A stretch of DNA of 64,000 nt from Candidatus Doudnabacteria bacterium RIFCSPHIGHO2_02_FULL_43_13b. Its GTDB lineage: Bacteria; Patescibacteriota; Doudnabacteria; UBA920; O2-02-FULL-48-8. Below the pieces are notes generated by a model, which was not told the origin of the DNA, ran no database searches, and was given only the letters and a program-made list of their open reading frames with translations. Both the position numbers and the translations under genes were made by a program. Positions 20,675 through 29,623 of this stretch are shown here, piece after piece. Position 1 is the stretch's first letter, and each line of letters opens with the position of its first letter. The stretch covers positions 2,619 to 66,618 of the forward strand of contig MFER01000013.1 of NCBI GenBank assembly GCA_001777655.1, written 5' to 3'.

Positions 20675-21100
20675 ATGGTCTGCCCAAACTGCTCTACCCC
20701 GGTTCCGACTGGCGAACAGTTCTGCCCCGGATGCGGCACGGAACTGACCAGCGCTGACCCCACCAACACGCCGACCCCGACTACCGATGCCAGCGCCAGC
20801 TCCCAGCCGGCACTCGCCACGCTCACGTACGGCGCGACCAACATCCCACTGCGCGAGGGCAGCAAGGTGATCATCGCGCGGGAAGGCACAGACAAGTGCA
20901 CGCCCGACCTGGCCATCAACTCCGATGGCGTCTCCTCGACTCCGGTCGAGGTCAGTGTCGAGAACGGTGTGATCACCGTTCGCGATACCGGCACGAGCGT
21001 CGGGATCCGGGTGGTCAAGTACATCAAGCCCGGCGGCTCGATGACGGTCGAGCCCGGCGACATGGTGATGCTCGGCAACGAGATCATCGCCGTCGGGTAA
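20675..21100 (+). CDS. zinc-ribbon plus FHA-like phosphopeptide-binding domain protein
   Basis: CPNCS...CPGCG ribbon, Pro/Thr linker, then TLTYG...IIAREG...PDLAIN...VSSTPVEV...NGVITVRDTGTSVGIRV FHA-like pattern. Confidence 0.55.
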   Translation: MVCPNCSTPVPTGEQFCPGCGTELTSADPTNTPTPTTDASASSQPALATLTYGATNIPLREGSKVIIAREGTDKCTPDLAINSDGVSSTPVEVSVENGVITVRDTGTSVGIRVVKYIKPGGSMTVEPGDMVMLGNEIIAVG

Positions 21101-21124
21101 GTAGTCTCTAGCTATTCGAGTTCC

Positions 21125-21180
21125 GAGAGAAGGCGCGAAGGAAACCCAAATTTCCTTCCCCTTCTCTCATTCTTTCTTTA
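21125..21180 (+). terminator. rho-independent terminator inside GC island
   Basis: GAGAGAAGG...CCTTCTCTC stem with nested GAAGGAAA/TTTCCTTC, followed by ATTCTTTCTTTA. Confidence 0.5.
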
Positions 21181-21285
21181 TTGAGAATGCTATGGAATTA
21201 AAAATTTGATTTCATGGCGGTCTCTGTAAAGACCACAGTTCTTTTCGTCAACAATCAAGCACATTCCGCCAGGAGGCGGATCATC

Positions 21286-23031
21286 ATGGACAAATACTGT
21301 CCGTCATGCAAGCTTGTCCTCCCACCAACCGCGAAGCGGTGTACTGCTTGCGGTAAGATCGCAACGCTCTCCCCCAACACCGTCGTCAACTCCGGCGCTG
21401 ATCGATACACCATTGACTCGGTGCTCGGCATCGGCGGCATGGGCATCGTCTACCGAGCGACTGACAGCTTCAGCTTGACTGCCGTGGTCAAGCAGCTGCA
21501 CGTTGACAACCCGGCCGATCTGCCGGATGCCCAGCGCCGCTTCAAGCGCGAAGCCCAAGTCCAGGCCGGACTCAATTCCCCCTTCTATCCGGCCGGCTAT
21601 GGCTACTTTGTGGACCAAAACCTCGAGTTCATGGCCATGGAGTTCGTGGCTGGCCGAGATCTCGAAAAAACCCTGACGACTTTGGGCGGCAAGATGAGCG
21701 AAGATGAGGTGTTGCGGCTAGGAATCCAGATTTGTGACGGACTATCAGTCCTGCACAACCACATTGACCCCGCCACCAACACACCGGAACCGCACGTTCA
21801 CCGTGACATCAAACCGGCCAACGTAATTCTCCGGCCGTCGGGCCAGATCTGCATTCTGGATCTGGGCATCGCGCGGACCCTGAATCAATCGGCCGGCACA
21901 CAGGTGCGCGCCACGCGCGCTGGCACGTTCGAATACGCCAGTCCGCAGCAGGTTTCGGGAACGGACATGTCAATCCGCGACGATATTTATTCGCTCGCGG
22001 CGACCCTGTTCCATCTCGTCACCGGAGCGCCGTTTACTGGGGACTTCACCCAGCGTGCGGCGGAAATCGACGCTCTGCCTCCCACCTGGCGTGCCGCCTT
22101 CCGACGGGCAATCCACAACGACACCAACTTACGGCAGCGCAGTGTCGATGAGTTCAAGACCGATCTCATCGCCCTGCTTCCGCCGCAGTTGCGACCCGCC
22201 CTACCTGCCCCCGCGGGAGCCCCCGCTCCGATCCCAGCCACTGGCTTTCTTTCCATCCGCTGGCGAGTGACCCTCCCCTACATGACCAACCCTAACGAAT
22301 GGGTGCAGTCGGTAGCGGGCCAGGTCATCCAAGGCACCGTCGGCATGCCGGGCGTAAACATCGTCCCGATCATGACCGATACCGGAGCCGGGGCGATGGC
22401 TCACAACACGCGCGGCGCTTCGGTCAACACCGGGCCTCACGGCGACTTCGGACTGAATCTGCCTGACGTGACCATTCCAGTCACGGTGGACAGGCGGCAG
22501 ATCATCGTCATCGTCGAGGACCCCAACTCTGGACAGGAGCTCTATCGGGAAACCGTGGAGCTCAATCGGCCCGGGGTGGCGCGTCGGATACAAGCCCGTG
22601 GTGGGGCGGGTGTCCGAGCGGCTGCTCATGCCGCAGCCGCGCCGTTTCAGGCAGTCGGGCATGCTATGGCAGCAGGCGCTCGTGGCCTCGGCCGCGGGAT
22701 CGCTTGGCCGTTTCAGAAGCTGTGGCAAGTCGGAACTGCGTTGACGGGAATCAAAACCGTCCTCGCAATCGCCGGCCTGTTCATGGCTGCCACGCTCGTC
22801 CTGGCCCGGCTCCAGCAGTCGATGCCGTTTGTGCTCTACATCTGGCCGCATACGTGGATTGCGGCGTTGGCTTCGGCCTTCGTTGCATTCCGGATGCGCA
22901 GACGTGGCGGCATCTTCACGGCGAAAGTCAAACAGCGATCGCTCGGCCAAGCGCTGCGAAGCCCTGTCCTTATTGCCACCGTCACGATGTGGGCGGCGGC
23001 AACGATCGGCTGGGTCTTCGGTCCGCACTAA
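21286..23031 (+). CDS. zinc-ribbon plus Hanks-type Ser/Thr protein kinase with C-terminal TM segments
   Basis: CPSCK...CTACG ribbon; GIGGMGIVY...VVK, HRDIKPANVIL, DLGIAR, SPQQ; AGGAGG SD before ATG 21286 (ORF-track start 21214 probably too early). Confidence 0.75.
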   Translation: MDKYCPSCKLVLPPTAKRCTACGKIATLSPNTVVNSGADRYTIDSVLGIGGMGIVYRATDSFSLTAVVKQLHVDNPADLPDAQRRFKREAQVQAGLNSPFYPAGYGYFVDQNLEFMAMEFVAGRDLEKTLTTLGGKMSEDEVLRLGIQICDGLSVLHNHIDPATNTPEPHVHRDIKPANVILRPSGQICILDLGIARTLNQSAGTQVRATRAGTFEYASPQQVSGTDMSIRDDIYSLAATLFHLVTGAPFTGDFTQRAAEIDALPPTWRAAFRRAIHNDTNLRQRSVDEFKTDLIALLPPQLRPALPAPAGAPAPIPATGFLSIRWRVTLPYMTNPNEWVQSVAGQVIQGTVGMPGVNIVPIMTDTGAGAMAHNTRGASVNTGPHGDFGLNLPDVTIPVTVDRRQIIVIVEDPNSGQELYRETVELNRPGVARRIQARGGAGVRAAAHAAAAPFQAVGHAMAAGARGLGRGIAWPFQKLWQVGTALTGIKTVLAIAGLFMAATLVLARLQQSMPFVLYIWPHTWIAALASAFVAFRMRRRGGIFTAKVKQRSLGQALRSPVLIATVTMWAAATIGWVFGPH

Positions 23032-23058
23032 AACACCAAGGAGGTGTTCGATAGGTTT

Positions 23059-23115
23059 CGGAGGGAAGTGTTCAGGTTTCAACCCTGACACTCCCCTCCA
23101 CCCTTTCTTTATAAA
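23059..23115 (+). terminator. rho-independent terminator inside GC island
   Basis: GGAGGGAAGTGT...ACACTCCCCTCC stem then T-rich tract. Confidence 0.5.
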
Positions 23116-23264
23116 TCTTTTAGCTCAAATTTTTAGTTCCAAAACTTGGAGCCAGAAACTTGGGCTCAAAAATCCCAAGACGGTTCTTTTGAATCAAATA
23201 GTTTAGTTCTAGTTGTTCGTTTCGTCAACCAGCTTCAGAGCCGCCTAGGTGCGGGAGGTGAGTC

Positions 23265-24122
23265 ATGGCAGAGAAAGGCAGAATCGTGAAGCTGAATCCG
23301 AAAGGGTTTGGCTTTGTCTCCCGCGCTGGCGGCCGAGACGTGTTCGTTCCATCCTTCGAGCTCCAACGAAGTAGGGCTGGGATGAATGATGAAGTGGAGT
23401 TCGAGGTTGGTCCTGACCCGAGAAATCCGGGAAAGGAAATGGCTTCGAGCCTGACGGTGGTTGCGAAAGCGGCCCCGTCAGCGCCACCAACGCCACTCGC
23501 ACTTGGGGTGGCGTGGAAATTCGGTACGGTCGTCAAGGGCTTCTTGCCCGTGATGATCGTGGTGATGCGCGGAAACGTCGCTGCGCTGGATCTGATAGTG
23601 AAGTTGATGGCTAATGGGAAGCGAGTTTCGAATCCCAAGGCCACGCTTTCACCGGACAGCGCCGGCACGGTGACGTTCGTGGTCGAGCTGGTGAAGGTGG
23701 GTCTGCCAATGGATGCCAACCAGTGCGTGCTGATGGCCCAAATCAACGGGCAGATCTACAGCACGCTTTGGGAAGCCGCCAAGGCACCCGCGCCAACGCC
23801 AGCCAAGCCGCCCGAGCCACCGAAAGTGGAGCGGCTCAACATCAGCACGGACCGGATTTACACCTACCGCGTAACTTTCGCCCCTGGGGTTGAAGTCAAT
23901 GTGGAAGGAGTGATTCCGATCCAGTTCCGCCAGCACGGCAAGATCAGCTGGTCCAACCAGCCGGTCCCTGCCGAGCCTGACGGCACGCTGATGGTCGAAG
24001 TGCAAGTCACCCAAGACGGCGCGCGTGGAGACGTGTTCTTCCTCGCTGCCGGTCTTCGTTCGAAACCCGAATACGTCACCCACGTCAATCCGCCGGTGCG
24101 ACCCGCACCGGCCAAGAAGTAG
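23265..24122 (+). CDS. hypothetical protein with N-terminal cold-shock/S1-like OB domain and Pro-rich segments
   Basis: GRIVKLNPKGFGFVSRAGGRDVFVP...EVEFEV resembles CSD; remainder unknown. Confidence 0.4.
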   Translation: MAEKGRIVKLNPKGFGFVSRAGGRDVFVPSFELQRSRAGMNDEVEFEVGPDPRNPGKEMASSLTVVAKAAPSAPPTPLALGVAWKFGTVVKGFLPVMIVVMRGNVAALDLIVKLMANGKRVSNPKATLSPDSAGTVTFVVELVKVGLPMDANQCVLMAQINGQIYSTLWEAAKAPAPTPAKPPEPPKVERLNISTDRIYTYRVTFAPGVEVNVEGVIPIQFRQHGKISWSNQPVPAEPDGTLMVEVQVTQDGARGDVFFLAAGLRSKPEYVTHVNPPVRPAPAKK

Positions 24123-24133
24123 GAGAACGAACA

Positions 24134-24772
24134 ATGGCAGACACACCGAAGGGCGGCAGTCATACCATCAAAGATTTTCTTTTTGATGGTTTCCGTGAGC
24201 TGTTCGTCACCCACGGCCTCCCCATGATGGTCAAACTGGCTAACCGAGCCAGTGAGACAAGACTTGCGGAGAGAGAGGGGCGGAAACGCAACAAGCACTA
24301 CTTCGCGGCCGCCATGGTCAAGCTTCGGCTGCGCGATGGTCGCGCCGCCGACGTGATCGGCGACTTTGTCGATCACTGGCTCAACACTGACGCTGACCGC
24401 GAGGATTTTCAACACAACGCGGCCTGTGTCGGCACGGACAAGGACGAGAAGATGGGCGACACGGTGGAATTCCTCTGGCAGCTGGCACATCTGCCTGATC
24501 ACGCCGCTCGTGAAGTCCATCTGACTGCTCTTGGCTTCATCGGCGCACGCAGCGTCGACATGGCTGAGAAGGCAGTGGAGTTGCTCAAGCGGGTTCGTGA
24601 CGAGGTCAAGGACCTGCCGGCTGATGCCAAGAAGAAATTGAACGAAGGCACCAAGGCACTGCGGGAACTCAACAACAAGCAGTGGATGCAGAATGCCGAG
24701 AAGTCCTCGGCAGCATTCAGACAGACAGCAGCCACCCGGCTGACGGGCTACAGAGCTCGCCGGCGTTCGTAG
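24134..24772 (+). CDS. hypothetical protein
   Basis: 212 aa GC-rich ORF with SD (GTAGGAGAA) at correct spacing; no motif recognised. Confidence 0.35.
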   Translation: MADTPKGGSHTIKDFLFDGFRELFVTHGLPMMVKLANRASETRLAEREGRKRNKHYFAAAMVKLRLRDGRAADVIGDFVDHWLNTDADREDFQHNAACVGTDKDEKMGDTVEFLWQLAHLPDHAAREVHLTALGFIGARSVDMAEKAVELLKRVRDEVKDLPADAKKKLNEGTKALRELNNKQWMQNAEKSSAAFRQTAATRLTGYRARRRS

Positions 24773-24783
24773 GAGAGACTCAC

Positions 24784-25635
24784 ATGATCACGATCCTTGG
24801 AATTCTCATCTACGGGCTGATTGTCTGGTGCTTGTTCAGTCCGCGCGTTCGCAACCAGGTCCGCGACGTCCTCGTCGGGGCCTGGGACTACCTGCAACTG
24901 GGTGGCCTCAGCGCCTACGACGCTGCGGTCGCTTTCCTCTACGGGCTCATCGTGCTCGTGGTGGTGGACATCGTGGTCCTAATCATCGCAGTGGCGATCG
25001 GCATCCCCGGGATCTTGGTTGCCTTCTTCGTCACCAACGCGCTGCTGTGGTTCGTGCCGATGTATGTGCTGTGGCTTCTGCATCTGCCAGTGGCAGCGGC
25101 AGGGGCCCAGATCAGGTGGTTGGGAACAAAATTGGGGTCCGTCCCACTCTTGTTTTTCCCATTTTTCCCAGTCCGACTGATCGGCCGGTGTGTTCACGCA
25201 GTTGGCACGATCGTCGTGCTCTCGGCAGCGCTGGCGCGCTGGATGACCGGGTTGCTGGTGCAAGTCACTCTCATCTCCTTGCTTCTGTCAGGGCTGGCCC
25301 TGCTGGACTTGGAGATGGGATGGCACATCGTCAATCCGTTCACCATGACGATGGCGGGACTGCTGTGGATGACGATCACATCACTGCAGATCTTCCGCCA
25401 AACCCACCCGGGTTCTGTCGGAATCAAAATCCTGGGGCGGGCGGCAATCGGTGTACTACTCGCGGTCGGAGTAGTCCACTACTGGCCGCTTTGGAAAAGT
25501 GTCGGGCTCAGCGTTCTGAGCTTCGATTTCGGCGATGAGGAAATGATGTTTCGAGGCCTCATCGTCGTGGCGCTGCTGGCGGCTCTCGTCGTTGGCCTGC
25601 GCACTCGCAGCTCATCATCAACAACCGCTCGCTGA
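24784..25635 (+). CDS. hypothetical polytopic membrane protein
   Basis: TAGGAGAG SD then ATG 24784 (MITILGILIYG...); 7-8 hydrophobic helices. Confidence 0.45.
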   Translation: MITILGILIYGLIVWCLFSPRVRNQVRDVLVGAWDYLQLGGLSAYDAAVAFLYGLIVLVVVDIVVLIIAVAIGIPGILVAFFVTNALLWFVPMYVLWLLHLPVAAAGAQIRWLGTKLGSVPLLFFPFFPVRLIGRCVHAVGTIVVLSAALARWMTGLLVQVTLISLLLSGLALLDLEMGWHIVNPFTMTMAGLLWMTITSLQIFRQTHPGSVGIKILGRAAIGVLLAVGVVHYWPLWKSVGLSVLSFDFGDEEMMFRGLIVVALLAALVVGLRTRSSSSTTAR

Positions 25636-25647
25636 GGAGACACGGAC

Positions 25648-26436
25648 ATGAAAAAAGTGCTAATCAGCGTCGCGACGTTCGTGTTCATCCTCGCAGCGGG
25701 ATCTGGGGTTGGCTTGCTGTGGACCAGTTTCTTCCCGCCGGAAGAGCGGGGGGTCAGGGTTGCCACGACTGATGCCAACGGAATGGTCAAAGCGCACGCA
25801 GGTGACGCCAAGACCATTCTCAAGCAAACCGGCTTCCGCGGCGGCAACGGCCGGGTCAGCGTGACGATGTTTAAGGACACCAGAACACCGGTGTCTATGG
25901 ATATCGCCAATGCCAGGCAAGCTCGCGACGAGCAAATCGCCATTGCTCGCGGCGGGTTCCTGCCAGCGCCGGATCGGTTCCTCGAAGGCTACACCCACGA
26001 CTGGGTGAGCAGCGGGATTCCGGTCTACACCTGCACGCACGTTACGGCAGCGGGTAGGATCACTCGAGATCCCATCACCGCTGCCGGGCCAGACGGCATC
26101 AATCTGGATGCCATGAATGCAGAAACGCGCAGCGCGTTTGTGCAAGAACATGGCGACAGGGCCAAGGTGCTCCCTGGGGTTCCCTGGGGAACGTTCATCG
26201 GCAAAGTCTGCGCAGACGCTGGCGGGAACAGCTGTCAAACGCCGTTCCCAATCGGCCAAAGCGCGTACCTGTCGGCTGAGCGGGTCGGTGCAGGGACGTT
26301 GTGGATCTGGACCAACGGTTTCGTAGCCCAATCAAGTACGGGGCTGTTGAATCGTTCGGACTTCAACGTCTATCAGGGCGGCTTCCGGTTCGAGCACGAG
26401 GCCGCGCCTGAATACAAGTGTAAGGGGGGGTTCTAG
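25648..26436 (+). CDS. hypothetical secreted protein
   Basis: Signal peptide MKKVLISVATFVFILAAGSG; GAGGAG SD. Confidence 0.4.
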   Translation: MKKVLISVATFVFILAAGSGVGLLWTSFFPPEERGVRVATTDANGMVKAHAGDAKTILKQTGFRGGNGRVSVTMFKDTRTPVSMDIANARQARDEQIAIARGGFLPAPDRFLEGYTHDWVSSGIPVYTCTHVTAAGRITRDPITAAGPDGINLDAMNAETRSAFVQEHGDRAKVLPGVPWGTFIGKVCADAGGNSCQTPFPIGQSAYLSAERVGAGTLWIWTNGFVAQSSTGLLNRSDFNVYQGGFRFEHEAAPEYKCKGGF

Positions 26437-26473
26437 TCCGTCGGCAGGTTCGCTTGCCAGCGGAGCAACACCG

Positions 26474-26520
26474 GGGTGTTGGGAAGACCACAAATCTTCT
26501 CACACCCCGCTTTTTTATTT
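26474..26520 (+). terminator. rho-independent terminator
   Basis: GGGGTGT...ACACCCC stem followed by GCTTTTTTATTTT. Confidence 0.5.
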
Positions 26521-26572
26521 TGCGAAGCAAAATACCCCGACCTTTAGCGTCGGGGTCATAAATATCAATGCC

Positions 26573-26601
26573 TTGACTTTTTGTAGCTTTTTTGATATTA
26601 T
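26573..26601 (+). promoter_or_regulatory. sigma70-type promoter for last island gene
   Basis: TTGACT-17-TATTAT, then AAGGAGGG SD 7 nt before ATG 26691. Confidence 0.4.
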
Positions 26602-26690
26602 ACTTCGTCGCATTCATCATTTCTTTTTTCGCGACATTTATACGATACGTTCAATTCGCACACTCTCAAGTCCAAGGAGGGACTTTACCA

Positions 26691-27685
26691 TGAAGCGCGC
26701 TCTACTCGTCGCTCTCGTTTTCGTCGCACTGGGCATGCCAGCAATGGCTGCTCAGACGCCACCCTCACCGATTTTCGAGCAAAAGCTCGAGGCGGTGGCG
26801 GTGAAAACTGTTACTTCGGTTCCCGTGCTTCTCGCGGAGATCGCGAAGAAGCACCAGCTCCAAGTCTCGATCGACGAAAAACTGGACATGGATCGGATGT
26901 ATTTGGGCGAAGTCCCGGCTGGGACGCTGAAAAGCCAGATCGAATTTCTGGCCAAGCAGTGGGACGGCAGCGCAAGTTTGGTCGGAGGCGACTCGGTCGT
27001 CATCCTCTCGACCAAGTCTTTGCCCACCAAGGCCAAGGAGACCCCGACCGCAACCACGCCGCCACCCACCACGCCCCCCCAACCCCTGCCACAGCAAACG
27101 ACAGTTGCCCGGTTGCCCTACCCATCACTGTCGGCCGCAGTAATGTCCGACAGCATGCTACCGATAACCGGGCCCACCTGGATGGACCTTCGGATGCAAG
27201 AATACAACGCCTGGGCAGAAGCCAACCAGGCATACCGAACATTCCGGTCCGCCCAGCCGTACTACTTCGGGGCTGACCAGGTCTATTCGGACGCGTACTA
27301 CCAAGGCGGGTACGGCGGTGGACTCATGTGGGGCAATCAGTTGCTCCGAATCAAAGGAGCCGCCACCCACGGCTACCTAAAAATAAACGCCATCGGCGAC
27401 ACGAAGTTTATCAAGTACGTCGTGGTGCTGCGACAGGACACGGACGGCGTTTGGATTACGGAGGGCTCCGCTGGAAAGTCCTTCCGAGATTTTCACGAGC
27501 CGATCGAGCTACCCGTCGGACGGTGGCGACTGCGGTTTGAGCTACGGAGGGATGGAGTGACCAAGTACTTGGAAGAGGTGTTTAACATCGAATCCAAGTA
27601 CGATCTATTCCATCCCAAGCAGTACGCCATTTCGGAAGAAATGATGAGAAGCTTTGGTACAACCGAAGCTATCATCAGGCGCTGA
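26691..27685 (+). CDS. hypothetical secreted protein with Pro/Thr-rich linker
   Basis: Signal peptide MKRALLVALVFVALGMPAMAAQ; TPTATTPPPTTPPQPLPQQTT linker; ORF-track start 26573 is upstream read-through. Confidence 0.45.
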
Positions 27686-27699
27686 CGGCGACGCTGAAA

Positions 27700-27745
27700 A
27701 CGCCAAAGGCCGACACCCTCCGGGTGTCGGCCTCTTTTTTTATAT
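27700..27745. terminator. bidirectional hairpin terminator at right edge of GC island / end of pilin array
   Basis: GGCCGACACCCTCCGGGTGTCGGCC perfect stem flanked by A-run and T-run. Confidence 0.55.
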
Positions 27746-27760
27746 TAGCTTGTTTAAAAC

Positions 27761-28123
27761 TTAGATTCCGCGACCTCCCGGTAGCAGCGCATTCCCAATT
27801 ACTATCACAATAACGTAAGATAGAATAATTATTATCAACCCGATGATCGAATTTTGAATAATTTTTTTGGCTGATTCTGCTTGTTCTTCATTCCCGGCAG
27901 ACGTGATGTAGCGAAAACCGCCGTAAATCAGAAAGGCTACTGCCAGAACACCAACGACTCCCAAAAATACTTTTATATAGTAATTGAATACCGTTGTAAA
28001 CGTAGACGATTGGTTTCCTGGAAGAGTAGTTTGATTAATTGGAATAATTTGTTGAGCCAAAACAATCACTGGCACCAAGAGGCTGAATAGGGCAAGTTGA
28101 ATTGTCTGTTTCAGATTCTTCAT
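27761..28123 (-). CDS. type IV secretion system pilin-like protein (VirB2/TrbC-like, CPR type), paralogue 1
   Basis: Signal peptide, two hydrophobic helices separated by GGFRYITSAGNEEQAESAKKII loop. Confidence 0.55.
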   Translation of the reverse strand: MKNLKQTIQLALFSLLVPVIVLAQQIIPINQTTLPGNQSSTFTTVFNYYIKVFLGVVGVLAVAFLIYGGFRYITSAGNEEQAESAKKIIQNSIIGLIIIILSYVIVIVIGNALLPGGRGI

Positions 28124-28139
28124 TTTAGAGTTTTTAGGA

Positions 28140-28511
28140 TTAAACCTGACCGCTGACTAGGGCGTTGGAGATAACGCGGACGATGACGAAAGCCAAGATA
28201 ATCACGACGATACCGATAATGGCGTTGGTGATAATCTTTTTGGCTTGTTCGGCCGTCTCTTCATTCCCGGCAGATGTGATGTAGCGGAAACCGCCGATGA
28301 TTAAGAACAATACAGCAATCAAGCCGGCAATGGCCAGAGCGATATTGATGATCCGCAGCACGAATGTCGAAACCCGATCATCGCCCGGCAAGCCGGTTCC
28401 TCCCGGGCTGGGAGTTTGAAATTGTGCCAATGCCACGGGAGTAAGAACGAAAGCCAAAGTCAAAACTATCGACAGTATCGGGACGAGTTTAGAGGTTGAA
28501 AGTTTTTTCAT
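28140..28511 (-). CDS. T4SS pilin-like protein, paralogue 2
   Basis: GGFRYITSAGNEETAEQAKKII loop motif, same architecture. Confidence 0.55.
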   Translation of the reverse strand: MKKLSTSKLVPILSIVLTLAFVLTPVALAQFQTPSPGGTGLPGDDRVSTFVLRIINIALAIAGLIAVLFLIIGGFRYITSAGNEETAEQAKKIITNAIIGIVVIILAFVIVRVISNALVSGQV

Positions 28512-28594
28512 CTTTGTTTTTCCCTTTCTATTTCTTATCCGCCGAAGCTTTATGCGAAGGCGGATATTTCGACCTTTAAGGATATTTAAATTAA

Positions 28595-28960
28595 TTAAAC
28601 CTTGCCAAAGAAAGCGTTCATTATCACTACCACAATTATGTAAGAGAAGATCGTAACGACTAAACCTATTATAGCATTAGTCAGGGTTTTTTTGCCAGTG
28701 GTGGCCGCTTCCTCGTCCCCGCGGGAGGTAATGTATTGAAAACCGCCCAGGATAATGAATAAAACTGAAAGCAAGCCAACAATGCCTAAGAGTGCTTGGA
28801 CAATAAACAGTAAAATTCCGGCAAAGGTATTGCCACCGGTTCGGTTGGCGAAATTCACCAAATACTTATCGGCGGGGTTGGTAAAATTAACCGCCCAAAC
28901 AGTTAACGGAGCAATCAAACCCGCTAGGCTGGGTAAAACAAATTTTGTGATTTTCTTCAT
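28595..28960 (-). CDS. T4SS pilin-like protein, paralogue 3 (start at internal MKKITKF; track start 29041 likely too early)
   Basis: GGFQYITSRGDEEAATTGKKTL loop motif. Confidence 0.5.
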   Translation of the reverse strand: MKKITKFVLPSLAGLIAPLTVWAVNFTNPADKYLVNFANRTGGNTFAGILLFIVQALLGIVGLLSVLFIILGGFQYITSRGDEEAATTGKKTLTNAIIGLVVTIFSYIIVVVIMNAFFGKV

Positions 28961-28962
28961 GT

Positions 28963-29619
28963 CTAGCCTCCGAAAAAAGTTAGGGTTGCTCGAACCAAGA
29001 CGTACGATAGTATTATAACACCTAAACCAATCACCGCCCACTGCAGGCTTTGTTTGGCGCTGGTAACTTGTTCTTCATCCCCCCGGGCAGTGGCGTAACG
29101 AAAGCCGCTGACGATGATCATCAAAATCGCCATGATACCAACCACTGACAAAAAGCCGGTTAACATCCGGATCAAAAAATCCAAGAAGGTATTATCAAGG
29201 AGCGGATTACGCACTGGGTTGTTGCCAATATAGGAACTCGGGGCCAAATCTTTCGCTCCCAAATAATCGGCCATGGCATTGACAATGATAAAAGCAAATA
29301 AAGACAAAATTAATCCTGACAGCGCCCACTTCAGTCCATCCTTGGCTGTGGTTAAGGCTTCAGAGTTGCCTTGGGCAACAATCATCCGAAAACCGGCAAA
29401 GATAATCATTATTAGAGCGGTAATGGCGAAAAAATTCGTAAAAGAGGCAATCACAGCAAAGATAAACTCGCCCAAATCGTCAAGAGAATACCGAATCGGA
29501 TTGCACAAATTCGTGTTGGTGCTACCCGGGACACAATCACTGCTTTGTTGCGCCAACGCGACGGAGGAGGTTGAAAATAAAACCAAACCAATAAATAAAG
29601 CGATAAGAAAAATTTTCAT
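28963..29619 (-). CDS. tandem-duplicated T4SS pilin-like protein (two pilin domains fused), paralogue 4
   Basis: Two copies of the helix-loop-helix unit (AGFRMIVAQGNSEALTTAKDGL and SGFRYATARGDEEQVTSAKQSL). Confidence 0.5.
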   Translation of the reverse strand: MKIFLIALFIGLVLFSTSSVALAQQSSDCVPGSTNTNLCNPIRYSLDDLGEFIFAVIASFTNFFAITALIMIIFAGFRMIVAQGNSEALTTAKDGLKWALSGLILSLFAFIIVNAMADYLGAKDLAPSSYIGNNPVRNPLLDNTFLDFLIRMLTGFLSVVGIMAILMIIVSGFRYATARGDEEQVTSAKQSLQWAVIGLGVIILSYVLVRATLTFFGG

Positions 29620-29623
29620 ATAA

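Noticed and set aside
24828-25538. 236-aa plus-strand ORF in alternative frame of the membrane-protein gene
   Set aside because: Arg/Gly/Pro-rich, no start context. The overlapping frame encodes a coherent multi-TM protein.
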